A DNA stretch of 63,883 bases, filler included, from Saprolegnia diclina VS20 (Eukaryota), in assembly GCF_000281045.1 (NCBI RefSeq). It is 12 parts of 6 records of this genome, joined end to end, with 100 filler letters (N's around TTAATTAATTAA, not from the genome) between each part and the next. Parts side by side here need not be neighbours in the genome. Positions count along the whole stretch, not along the records: positions 32,317 to 46,134 come from NW_008246143.1; positions 46,235 to 51,329 come from NW_008246143.1; 10 more parts are not named here. One strand, written 5' to 3'. The first letter of the stretch is position 1, and every line of letters starts with the position of its first letter. Position numbers and translations under genes: made by a program. Positions 35,435-47,133 of this stretch are shown here, one piece after another. Under the pieces are notes generated by a model. It worked only from the letters and a program-made list of their open reading frames with translations, made no database searches and was not told where the DNA came from.

Positions 35435-36532
35435 ATGACAAACAGCAACGAAGAGCTCGACGAGGGGCTCGCGCGGCTCTTTGGGCCAGCGCGGCGCAAG
35501 AGGAAGCGGGGGCGCGAGATATCGGAAGCGGAGGCGGTCGCGATGATCAAGAAGAGCGTCCGAGACGCGCCCAACCAAGCGCTAGCAGTGCGGCGCGCCC
35601 TCGCGTCCATTCTTGCAGCGCTGCAGAGCGTTGCGCCGCCAATGCATCACGTCTCTCCCTCGATCAGCGCTGCGCATGCTCAAGTTGAACCATAGGTCAT
35701 TGCCGTTCTCTCGAGCCTCTTTTCCCGCTCCAAAGTGTTTCGCGACGAATTCGTTCGAGCGATGTACCCCATCTTCTCCCTCTGGGCGTCCAAGCGACTG
35801 TACTCGGTGGAGCTCCTCGAGCTGCTAGAGCACTGGGATGCGCAGTATCGATCAACATACCCCCAGCTTCATGCAGCGATCGAGGCAATACCGCCCAAGT
35901 TCAAAGGTCTTCTACACGACCACCGAGCAAAGGCACGCGCAGCGACTGAGGACGCTGCAGCGACGACCCGCATGACTGAGATTCAGTACACGCACGTATG
36001 CTCCGAATTGGGAGATGCGGAAACAGCCATCGGTCTTGTATTGCAAGAGATGGAAGCGGGCCTTGCCATACTCGTGCCAACGGTCGAAGACAAGTTTGAG
36101 GCGCTCCTGCCGACGCTACCACCCGTGACCGAGGTCCTTCACAGCGACGACAACGATGACGAAGAGTGGGAAGACGTTGTGCCGTCATCCGTTGTTGCGC
36201 ACACCTCTGCGGCGCACTTGACGCTCGCGGACGTTATTGCTCAGTGCGGTCTCGGTAGCGCCGCGTACTCGCTTACAATTACGGTGCCTGCCCTACACGC
36301 ACCAGCGCCGTCACTCGAGCACGTACAGACTGCCGTCAAAGAGGGCGCCCTCCATCTTCGCAAAAGGTATTTACCACTGCTTCGGCAATGGGAGACAACA
36401 GTCAACGCACATGCGTTCTCGTCGCCTGACGTTCGTCGACGTCTTCAGAAACTCCACGACAACGTTCGATCGACCCTCCTCAAGTGGGACGAGCTTCGTG
36501 AAATGATCTCTCTGAATACAAACTCGGTCTAG
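35435..36532 (+). CDS. UVSSA: UV-stimulated scaffold protein A-like (VHS-like N-terminal half), probable intron ~35651-35695
   Basis: LFSRSKVFR, LLEHWDAQYRSTYPQL, EMEAGLAILVP, acidic DDEEWEDV, YSLTITV and KRYLPLLRQW parallel conserved UVSSA blocks. Confidence 0.65.
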
Positions 36533-36598
36533 TTTTACTGATGTGCAATTATAAAGTCGTACGTAGTATGGTACACAGAGGCTTGCGAGTGGTACCCA

Positions 36599-39137
36599 CT
36601 AGCGCACTGATTTCGGCTTTCCCTGGGATTGGTACAGTCGGTGGCGAAAGTACGCGAGCTCGAGATCTCCAATGAGCTGCCGGATCGCGTACTGCTCGTC
36701 CATGAGCACCCACGAGCCCACGAGTGCCTATGATGCATGAAGGTCAAAAGGCACTTCGGCCAAGGCTCGAACAAACCAGAAATCCGGACGAGTCGAGAAA
36801 GTCGGGCACGTCCTGGGTGCGAAGCGATTCCATCACCTCTTGGACTGCGTCTGTGAAGTACGTCTTGTCCGCCTGGTTCAAGTTGGACACGATCGCGTCA
36901 TGGAGGTGTTCGGGCAGCTGGATAGGGTGCCGCGACGTGTTGACATTGATGTACTTGTCGATGATCTTTTTCGCACTCCGCAGCACAATTTGGTACGATG
37001 GCAGACGCCGAAATTCCTCGACCTAAAGTATACACTTTAGCTATAAAGTATCGGAGCCGACGCACCTCTTCGTAGAAGATGAGGTTTTCGACGCAGTGCT
37101 GCGAGCGAAGAAACTTCTTGAAGTTGCCGACATACTGCGGGTTGGCCAAAATCACCTCCAAGTGAGGCATCTCCAGCATGCCTGCGACGTGTTGTGTTGA
37201 CTGAAAGCTGATGCAAACATACCTTTGGTCACAGCGGCAGCGATCTCCGATCCCAACTGAGGGTCGGTCGTGCCAAGCTTGAGCTCCGCAAACGTCGAGG
37301 ACTTGAAGTATCGTAGCAACGAGTCGCGCAGAAGCCCTAGGACAGCAGACTCGGGAATGATTTTCCATAATTTTGTAGCAGTGTCTACCCTGCTTGACGT
37401 GAGCGACCACAGGCTTGAACATGTCGATGGTTGGGGACGAGAGCTTCGCAACAATGTCTTGACGCAGCTTGGTGCTCATGTCGACTTGAAGCTTGGCCGA
37501 CTCGGCAACGTACTTTTTGTAGAGCTTCTTGGCCGTGTGGTGCATAAATTCAATGCCTGGTAGCGTGTTGAACTCGTCCACTTCATCGATAAACGCGACA
37601 CAATGGTCCTTGGCGCGCTTGCCCAGGAATGCCTTGAACGCTCGGTGTGCAATCTTGTCGTGAAGCAGCATAACGACCGGGTCGACCTGGACCGAGCTCG
37701 CCTTTCCGACGTTTGCAAGCGCCGAAACTGGGATAGCCATCGCCCGATTGTATAGTCTACGCATGTTCGCACTCAGTCGCAGAACAGCGAAATTCTGCGG
37801 ACTCTGTCGGGTCAGTCTTATCGAGCTGCGCCATGAGCACGCGCATTTGTTCCTCTGTGATGGCTGGGTGGTAAGGATCCCAGTGCTGGGGCCCCGACGT
37901 TGACGTCGATTGCTGCTGCGTGTAGGCTAGGTACTCTGGCGAGTGACTACGGTACATCCATGAATCAAAGTTGACGGCAACTCACTTTGCGAACCTGAAG
38001 GGACCCCAAAGTTCCAGGCGCATGTACTCGACGACCATGTACTGTGCGTCATGGTACATAATGGGGTCAAACGTGCCCTCGCTCTTGGCCGTCATCTCTT
38101 CGTGCATCGCCGTAGATAAGTTGATGAATCGCTTGGCACCTTCCTTGATGTACGTGTCGTAGATTTTGCGCGCACGCGCTTGGATGTACGACTGGTTGGG
38201 TAGGCGCTTGCATTCCTCGACCTCGCAGTAAAACACGAGGTTCTCTGCAACCAGAGTCATAAAATAGCACAAACCCAGACACGATTTCTGTACCCGCAGT
38301 GCGCGATTCGATGCAGTAGGTCTTGAAGAAGCGCAGCTTGGTCTCGTCGCTCAAGACGGCTTCAAAACTGTAGCTTGAGTCGACGTCCAGCGGAAGCCTA
38401 CCCCCGTGGTCACTTGAATCCTCTGTCACGTTACGTACGCGTCGGGCTGCCCAACGCACGAGCGCGCCGAAGGGTGGCGGTCACCCTCTTGCTCGCAAAG
38501 CGACACCATATTCTGGAAAAGTGCGTGCTTGCGGAATCGTGGAAACACGTCCTTCTCCAGGTCCCGCTTGCATAGCGCTTGCGCCTCATTGAACGTTCCT
38601 AAGTACTTCTCAGCATCCAGTATAACTCACAAAATAGGGCAACGTACCTGCCGACTGGATACCGCCCGGTGCCTCGTACAATGCACGCAAGTCCGCGAGC
38701 ATCTGTGTCGGGACACAAATTGGGGTCGCCGCAGACGGACTGACAAATTTTTCGTAGATTTTCTTGAGCATGCGGTCTGTGTACTGGGCACTCGGTAGCG
38801 ACCGGTAGTTTTGAACGTCAGCCCAAAAGTGGAGGCGATCCACAGCCAGCGGAATGTCCTTGGCAAAGGCGACGAGGAGCTTGAACGTGGCGGGGTCCAC
38901 AAGCACGTCGATCGTAAAGGCCATCGAGAGCTCTTCCACAAGCTCGCGCGTGATTGTCGGTCGACGGTACTTGGTGTGGTCTTGCTTGAGCGTCGTTGGA
39001 ATGGTCTTCATGCTTTGGCTCACTTGACGAACGTGTTCTTGCTGGGTCGCAGACGTCACATCGACGTAGCTTAGGGACGAGAGTTTGCCCAGCGACGGGT
39101 TGCTTGGGCTTGCCTGCAAACTCGGGTCGTCCGACAT
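36599..39137 (-). CDS. Soluble protein with four tandem RGS (regulator of G-protein signalling) domains, paralog A, multi-exon
   Basis: Four RGS-type units: DRLHFWADVQNYR...KIYEKFV...FPRF; ENLVFYCEVEECK...ARKIYDTYI...FINL; VAFIDEVDEF...AKKLYKKYV...QVDM; FLRSQHCVENLIFYEEVEEFR...AKKIIDKYI...PDFLDS. Ends ...GKPKSVR stop at 36599. Confidence 0.88.
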
Positions 39138-39885
39138 CTGGACAACCTTGTCGCTCGCTTCGTCAAGGGTCTAGACACGCCTGTTAGCCAACAAAATCAC
39201 TGTTGAGGTCTGAACTACCCGGGCCGAATCGGGTAGCTCATCATTTAGGAGCTGAATACGCGCTTGGATCTTGGCAAACACCTCTTCGTCCGGCAGTTGC
39301 TGATCGGCGCCAGCTGCTGTTTCCTACACCACCATCGTCGTCGCTATTGCAGGAAATCTCACGCGTACCTCGCGGACGATGGCAAGGACGTCGTCCTGTC
39401 CAACCGACGCACCTGCTCCCATTCGACTTCAAAACTGGCGCCCACGGTTGCCACCTAAAAATACCCTGTCTCCGGTTTCTTTCGTACGTGGCGCCTCGGC
39501 ACCCACGTCAACAACAAAGCAGCTTCTACTAGCGTCGTTGACGCCACTACGCCATTTTCCCGCGCATTTTTTCCCTTGAATTCCAACTCAAATTTACCTT
39601 TGGATCGGCTGGCTTGAGCGACCGATGCCCACGTCCACCCAGACGTCCACCGGTCGTTGCCACCAAGGATGAGTTTCATCTATAAATAGCCTCGCCAACG
39701 CCCGCACGGCGTCCATGTCCTTTCTGTCATGGGGGGCAGCGCGTCTGTGGGCCGCAACCTCCAATCGTTCGAGGATGAGGTGCGCTGCTGCGACCGCCGC
39801 CAGTGACGCTAACGCGACGGTTGCGTCATAGCATGTGCGCAACGAGAAGGAGACATCGACCAAGATCAAACCGCGCCTTATCGCG

Positions 39886-42590
39886 ATGGAAAAGGTACCC
39901 TCGATAAGAACGATCATCAAGTGCTACTCATGTGTAGGAAGCTGTGTACCGCATCAAGCCGGGCGCGGACGCCGTTGTCGACGAGAGTGCGCCACCTCCG
40001 GAAGATGTAGCCTCGAAAAAAGACTTTTACGCGCCGCTAACTCCATCGATCTTTGGCAACGCGTCCCGCTCTCCTCGTCTGCGCTCGCTGAGCTACGAAA
40101 AGCTGCCACAGTCGGCCACCGAAGTTCGGAAAAGTGCTGCTGCAGGCACGGTGCCGATCCACACTGTTGACCACACAAAGTACCTAAGGGGCTCGCTGCA
40201 CGCTAATCTCGCCAACGACATGACAATGGCGTTCACGATGGACGTGCTTTTTGACCCCGTGACGATCAAGCTCATGGTCGCTTACTGCCACAGTATTCCG
40301 TTCGCGTCCGACCGGCTGCTTTTCTGGGCCGACGTCCAGCACCTGCGGTCCCTTCCCAGTGCTCAGTACACGGATCGCATGCTCCAGAAGATCTACCACA
40401 AGTTTGTGAGCGCCGCGGCTCCGACGCCAATCTGTGTACCCACCAACGTCCTTCGCGAGATCCAAAAGACGTGCGAGTCAACAGCTGGCATCCAGTCCGC
40501 GGGTGCGTTCTATTGAATTGGATGGCGCCTAACCACAGCACAGGCGTCTTTGCCGAGGCGCAAGCGCTTTGCCTCCGCGATCTCAAGAAGGACGTGTTTC
40601 CTCGGTTCCGAAAGCACAAACTCTTCCACTCCATGCAATCGGCGTGTGAGACGCAGGCGTCGGAGAAGAAGCCTCGCTCGCGCTTTGCTTTACTCCGCGA
40701 GAAGCCTTCGTGCGACGCTTGAGCGCCACGCGTTGGTCTGATGACGGCGTTTGTAGACTGCCAATGTTCCAGTACGACAGCAACTACAGCTTCGAGGCTG
40801 TCATGGCCGACAAGTGGAAGTTGCGTTACTTCAAGAGCTATTGCATCGAAAACATGTCATCCGGTGCGTCGCGTCACCCGCCATTGCATTCGACTTACAA
40901 CGTGCAAATTAGAAAACCTCCTCTTCTTCCTCGAAGTCGACGAGTGCAAACGCCTCCCCAACCAGTCCTTCGTTCAGGCCACGGCGCGCAAGATCTATGA
41001 CACGTACCTCAAGCCTGGTGCGAAGCGGTATCTGAATCTCTCCATACGCCTGCACAATGAGTTTGCCATTCCGGACGACGCGTCTTTTGAGCCCTCGGTG
41101 TTCTTCGACGCACAATACCTCGTGCTCGAGTACATTCGCGTCGAGCTCTGGCCGCGCTTCAGGTACCGACAAATCCTATTGCAAAGTCTCATGCTCTCGT
41201 TAGCGTCTCGGAGCCGTACATTAAATACTGCCAAACCGAGGCCGTGTCGCCTCAACCGTGGGACGAGTACCACCCCGAAATCTCGGCTGAGCAAATGGAG
41301 ACGCTTATGGCCGAGCTGGATGCAATGAGTCCATCCGTGTACGTTTCTGAGTTCGAGTGTATCCGAGTTTGATAAAAAAATTCAGGCTTATCCAACGAGC
41401 GCTGTCTGTCCCTGTCGAAGCCATCGCCAACGCACCAAAGCCTCTGGCGCCAAACACACTCATGCTCCTCCTCCACGACAAGCTCGGACACCGAGCCTTC
41501 AAGCAGTTTTTGTCCGTAAAGGGAAACGCCCACTACGTTGCATTCATCGACGAGGTGACTCGAGTCGCAGCGCGTCGCGAATTCACAAATTTCTGCAGGT
41601 CGACGAGTACGAAGGTCTACCCGGCATTGAATTTATGCAGCACACGGCAAAAAAACTGTACAAAAAGTACCTGAGCGAGTCCTCCAAGCTCCAAGTCGAT
41701 ACCAGCACCAAGATGCGCCAAGAGATCGAGACCAAGCTCTCGTCGCCAACCATCGACATGTTTAAAGCAGTTGTCGCCCGCGTAAAGCAGGGTCCCCTAA
41801 CCAGCTTTGTTTATCTGCTTGCAAACAATTTCGCTCCGTAGGGCTGCTACGAGACGCCTTGCGCCGGTACCTCAAGTCGCCGATATACCTCGAGCTCAAC
41901 CTCCAAGATTATAACCCAGAGTTGGCAAAGGAGCTCGACGAGGCTGTAGCACGAGGTAGCGATTCGATTGTGGATGGCGTGAAACTGGGTGCTAGGAAAG
42001 CTGGAAATCCCGCATCTGGAGATCTTCCTATCGGACGCCGCTTTCCTCGCCAACTTCAAGAGCTATTGCAAGAGCCAGCACTGTGTCGAGAACCTCCTTT
42101 TCTGGGAAGAAGTACGACGCAGCATCCCTTCGTTTCGAGCTCAGTTTCGCTAGGTCGAGGAATTCCGAAGGCTGCCGTCCAACCAAATTGTGCTGCGCTG
42201 CGCCAAAAAGATTGTCGAAAAGTACATCAACATCGAGACGTCCAAAACGCCGCTGGACCTCCCCGAGCACATGCATGAGTTCCTCACCGACAACCTCGAG
42301 CACGTCGACCGCGCCTACTTCCACGACGCCGTGGCCGAGGTCATGGACACTCTCCGCTCCATTGAGCTCCCAGATTTTCTCGACTCGCCTCTCTTCATGG
42401 TACGCAGTTCGTATCTATGCGACACGAATGGACTCTGTCGTAGGTGCTCGTTGGGTCGTGGGTCACGATGGACCAAGCGTACGCGGTGCATCACCTCCAC
42501 AACGACCTTGAATCAGCGTACTTTCGGCACCGGTTCCACTACATTTGCGAGGCCAAGAAGGAGAAAAACCGGGATGATGCGCTCGGGTAG
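39886..42590 (+). CDS. Four-RGS-domain protein, paralog B, multi-exon (first intron 39895-39938)
   Basis: Same four units in the same order (DRLLFWADVQHLRSLPSAQYTDRML, ENLLFFLEVDECKRLPNQS, LPGIEFMQHTAKKLYKKY, KSQHCVENLLFWEE). Ends ...KNRDDALG stop at 42590. Confidence 0.88.
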
Positions 42591-42640
42591 TGTTGTGATT
42601 ACGTTGTTATAAACCGAAGTATTTTCGCCGACATGCGCAA

Positions 42641-43857
42641 CTACGCCTGGTGGCGACTGTCCTCGTCGTCGTCGACACCAACCCACGACTCGAAAGCCAT
42701 GAGAAATTCCTAGCGTAGTGTCAATCGTGGTAGGGTCGACATAAAACCCGTACTTTGAACGTGATGCTACCGTCGTGGTCCCAATCCATTTCGTTGAAGC
42801 GCTTTTGCGAGATGAAGGCGTTGGCGGGGCACGTACCGCTGCTCTTGGTCGTCGAGCCCACTGACCTCGTCGTGAGCGACCGTGTATCGAGCAGGGGAAC
42901 GTACGTTTGCGCACCTTGGACATCTTCTTCGTCGGCGAGTGCTCGTGCATGGACTCGGTCAGCCGACGCAGCATCTCCTCTCTATTTCGAAATGAGCGAG
43001 GCGGAAGACAGAACAACCTCGTGTACTTTTCAATGAGCCCGTCGCCGTCCATGTCAAACCAGAGAAAGACGTCGACCGCCAGCTGGAAGGCCTGTCGGAG
43101 CTTATTGCCCTAAGTCCCATTCAACCACGCTCGAAGCGGCATGTGGCGAGCCCACCTCGCCAAAGAGCAGTGTTTTCGGCTCTGCTTTCCCAGCCCTAGA
43201 CGAGCCTCTTGTTGATGTTCATTGCGTGTCATGGGGCGTACAGCGGGGCGTAAAAGATGCTGAGCTGCGGCGTCTCTGTCGTCTCGAGCGCGGGTATCCG
43301 CTACGGGCTTCATTATTGTCATCGCTGAAGGAGCATGCACGTACGTGCAGGACAAAGCCCATGGCGAGGCAGACGAGGAACTCTTTGAACGAGAGCTGGC
43401 CGTTCTCGGCCATGTCGGCCTCGCTGAACGCTTCGTCGATCTCGGCTTTGGTAAAGTTGCCGCCGAGCCGATTAAGCGCGCTCTCCATGTCGTCAAACAC
43501 GATGAAGCCTACGAGGAGTGTCGCTTCGGACGGCGCCAATGCAAGACGGACCTTTTTGCTGCTTGTCGAATTCGCGGAACGTGACGCGGACGCTGTCAAA
43601 GGCCTCCTTCAGCGCCGGACCCTTGAGCAAGATCTTGGTAAACGGATCGTGCTTGTCGCCGCCGTCGTGGTCCTTGCGCGCCTTGAGCTCTCGGAGCGCT
43701 TCCATGAGTCTACGCGCCGATGAGTCAGTAGCCGCAGCAGCTGATGATACTTGGAGTCGAGCGTCGACGACGCGCGGTGGGGCTGAACGACGATCTCATG
43801 CGCGCTCTCGCCTGGCTGCGCCAGCGTCCGGCGCCCGCTCGACCGACTGTTGCCCAT
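42641..43857 (-). CDS. EF-hand calcium-binding protein (calmodulin-like, 4 EF hands) with MGN- N-terminus, multi-exon
   Basis: FREFDKQQKG, FSEADMAENGQLSFKEF, FLWFDMDGDGLI, RFNEMDWDHDGSITFK|EFLMAFESW. Confidence 0.87.
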
Positions 43858-44220
43858 GCTCTTGTCCGAACCGTCGTCGCAATATCGCGGTATCTTTCCA
43901 TTGTGCCAAAAAAGGGTATCTTGCGAAACAAAATCGAGCCATGGGTTATTATTGACCCGTGATCGAGCCTTGAGGTCGACAGGGGCTCGTTTGATCAGAC
44001 GCTACACCAGCACATAATTTTGCGTGTGCATCTTTGGGTATACAGCTCAAAACATTTCGGACCAAAGTCTCGCCCCTCCCTCCTCGTTTAGTACCAAGCA
44101 GTCATAGATCTCTCTTACATGGGCCAGTGCATACCCTTTTCTGGCATTTTTCAATATATTTGACCCTGTTTTGGCATTAGACAGAGACTAGCTGCCGAGA
44201 ACGGCCAATTAGTTGGGACG

Positions 44221-44849
44221 ATGGAGGCCAAGAAAGCGGCTGCCAAGAAGCCCGCCGGGGACGCGCAGCGTGGGAAGAAGCGTCGCGCCGGCGACGTCGG
44301 CGACAAGACGAAGACGAATGATGGGCATGGGCTCGGTGGAGCACAAGGCGCTGAGAAGGTCGCACGCGCCGGTGGGACACGGGCGTCGCCCTTGCGCCGC
44401 CTCAACTCGGGCACGCGCGAGGCTATGACACCGCCGCCATCGGCCATCAAGCCATTCATTCGAGGGGAGATGGCCGACAGCAGTACGTGTTTCCGATGGC
44501 GTCGCCATCGATCTTATGCCATTTCTGTGTAGTCAAGCACATGATGTATGGATTTGGTGATGCATGGGAGCCAGACAGCGACACAGTTGAGCTCATGGAA
44601 GAGATTACGATTGAGTACATCCGCTCAATGGTACAGAGCCGCTTGTGTTGGCATGTATCATCCTGCCCTGCGTAGACAAAGAAGGCGCTGGACCTCTCTA
44701 TCGCGAAAGGCAAGCTCGATGCCGACTGCCTCATCTTCCTCGTTCGTAAGCACCCGGAGAAGCTCGAGCGCGTTAAGGAGCTACTTGCGGCCAACGAACT
44801 GCTCAAGAACGTCCTCAACAGCGGCTTCGACCCACTTGAAGAAAAATAA
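44221..44849 (+). CDS. TAF13: TFIID subunit 13 (histone-fold), 2 introns
   Basis: MMYGFGDAWEPDSDTVELMEEITIEYI|...GKLDADCLIFLVRKHPEKLERVKELL..NELLK. Confidence 0.92.
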
Positions 44850-45630
44850 TTTGAATGTGAGGGCGCGAAACATGCTAAAAAGTCTGGCAAACTGGACGCT
44901 GAAGGGATCGCTCCAAGGAACCACCTGCTGTGCACCCGAGAGGGGGCATCCAGCGCACTTTCGGCCGTTGTCGCTGACGCACGCAGTTGGTGCCTCCGTT
45001 ATAGCGCACCGAGAAGGTACCATCGAACGCGGCATCGTGGGTCGTCGTGACATGCAGCTGCGGATCCACTGTGAGCGTGTATTGATAAGTCGGTGTCGCG
45101 CAGTCGGCGCAGGATTGCAGGACTGGCCATCGGTCCAGAGCACCGTCAACACGGACCCCGCAACCATCTGCATCGACGTGCATCAACGTTTCGATCGTTG
45201 GCGACGCGACATATTGCATTGCAGGTCCTATCTGCTCTGGGAGCGGTCTCGCGCCAAGTGGAAGTCACTGCCCAAAGAAGGGTGACGTGGCTGTCATGGA
45301 CTGCATCCCAGAGCTCCGAAGCTACACACCCAGTGGCAAGTGCGTCGCCATCGCCGACACGACGTGTGAACGAATGCCGTCGGGAACGTTTGCATGCACT
45401 TAGTTGTTTGAAGGACAACAAGGCAGGTCTCCATTCCAAGAAACAGGCAACTGGACCCCAACTAGTACCAACAAATATATCCTGAGTGAGCAACTCGAAA
45501 CATTCTTGCATCCGATACTTTCGGCCACTCTCGTTGCATTGTTGGGCCACCTTCCTAGTGTCAAGTACAATAGGACTTTGCCACAAGCATACATGACTAT
45601 ATTTTGCACATACTTGTCACACAACAAGGT

Positions 45631-46134
45631 TTACATGTACACGGCAGCCGCCGTGGCCGCCATGACGATGGCCGAAAGCCCAACCGAGACGGCCGAGCTT
45701 GGCGCTGGTGTCGGGGCATTGGTCTTGGTCTTGGTAGCCGTTGGTGCCGGCGTAGCGATCGTTGCGTTGGGCTCCGCGGTACCCGAGCCGGCACCAGTCG
45801 CCACTGGCGCCGTAGTCTTTTCGCTGGGCGCGGCCGTCGTTGTGTCAGGCTTTGTCGTGGTGTCACCGGCCGAAGTTGGTGCTGGCGTCTTAGTGGGGCC
45901 ATCCGAAGGCTTGGGAGCATCCGTCGGCTTCGTCGGGTCCGTCGGCTTGGGCGCGTCCGTCGGCTTGTCCGTCGGCGAGTAGAACGCAGTCCAGCCCTTG
46001 ATGGCCTGGTCGAAGGAAAGCTTGGCCGCGACATCCGACGTCGTGGGGCCCGTCTTCTGCGTCAGCGTGCACGGCGGCGCAATCGTGGCCATGTGCTTGG
46101 TGACGGTCGCGAAGAAGTTCTTGCAGTTGTCCGA
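45631..46134 (-). CDS. Elicitin-like secreted protein with P/T-rich stalk and likely GPI-anchor signal, 5' partial
   Basis: SDNCKNFF...IAPPCTL, then PTDKPTDAPKPT repeats and a hydrophobic tail SSAVSVGLSAIVMAATAAAVYM. Confidence 0.7.
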   Translation of the reverse strand, partial: SDNCKNFFATVTKHMATIAPPCTLTQKTGPTTSDVAAKLSFDQAIKGWTAFYSPTDKPTDAPKPTDPTKPTDAPKPSDGPTKTPAPTSAGDTTTKPDTTTAAPSEKTTAPVATGAGSGTAEPNATIATPAPTATKTKTNAPTPAPSSAVSVGLSAIVMAATAAAVYM

Positions 46135-46267
46135 NNNNNNNNNNNNNNNNNNNNNNNNNNNNNNNNNNNNNNNNNNNNTTAATTAATTAANNNNNNNNNN
46201 NNNNNNNNNNNNNNNNNNNNNNNNNNNNNNNNNNCCAATCGCACAATGCTTGCAATTCCAGGCTGCG

Positions 46268-47104
46268 ATGGCAACGACGTCGTTCCTGGCCGCGGCCCTC
46301 GACGGCGACCCGTCGTCCGACTCGGATTACGTGGCTGGCGACGACGTCTCGTCGAGCGAGTCGTCGAGCGCTGGTAGCGGCCTCGAGGACGAGCCCAAGA
46401 GCGACGACGAGTACGTGACCCAGAACACCAAGGTCGTGCAGCTCGTCAACTACGCGTGCTGCGCCAAGCGCTGCATCTTTGGCCGCACGGAAGAGATGGA
46501 CCTCTTCATTAGCTCGCTCGACGAGATGTCCAAGGAGCTACGCCACGCCTGCATCCTCACGTCGCTCTCGATCTCCATCTCGATGGGGCGGAAGCGCAAG
46601 TCCCGCTCCAAGGGCGTCCGCGCCCGGTATGCGTATGTCATGCCGTACCTCGGCGCCGTGTGCAAGCAAGCGTTTGAAGCGTGCTTTGAGATCTCGAACG
46701 GGTCGCTCAACAAGCTCCGGAAGCAGGTCTCGACTTCGATCGTGCCCAAGAAGCACGGCAACCTCTTCAACCAAAACGCCAAAGCCATCGACTACGACGC
46801 GCTGCGGGAGTGGCTCACGGCGACGGCCACGAACATCGGCGCCCCGCTCTCGGTCCGCCGCAAGTCGCGCACGAAAGACGACGACGGCGTCGTGCACGTG
46901 CAGTACCGGACCGACACGGTGTACGTGCTCCCGTCGACCATGACGTACGAGAAGCTGCACGCCGAGTACCTCGCGCACCTCGGTCCGCACCCGACGCGCG
47001 TCCCGAGCGAGAAGTCATTCCGGCAGTTCATCAAGTCGTCGTGCCCGCATCTGCGCATGGCGGCCGACGCCAAACACAGCAGCAAGAAGAAGCCGCCCTT
47101 GTAA
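46268..47104 (+). CDS. Intronless hypothetical protein resembling the N-terminal Cys/His region of Sola-like transposases, without a catalytic core
   Basis: Acidic N-terminus, CCAKRC, RYAY...VCKQAFEACFEIS...LNKLRK...KHGN, YVLPSTMT..KLH.EY...S.KSFRQF....CPHLR; strong GC3 bias. Confidence 0.6.
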   Translation: MATTSFLAAALDGDPSSDSDYVAGDDVSSSESSSAGSGLEDEPKSDDEYVTQNTKVVQLVNYACCAKRCIFGRTEEMDLFISSLDEMSKELRHACILTSLSISISMGRKRKSRSKGVRARYAYVMPYLGAVCKQAFEACFEISNGSLNKLRKQVSTSIVPKKHGNLFNQNAKAIDYDALREWLTATATNIGAPLSVRRKSRTKDDDGVVHVQYRTDTVYVLPSTMTYEKLHAEYLAHLGPHPTRVPSEKSFRQFIKSSCPHLRMAADAKHSSKKKPPL

Positions 47105-47133
47105 TCGCAATGCAGAGTCATTTATTCCAACGA

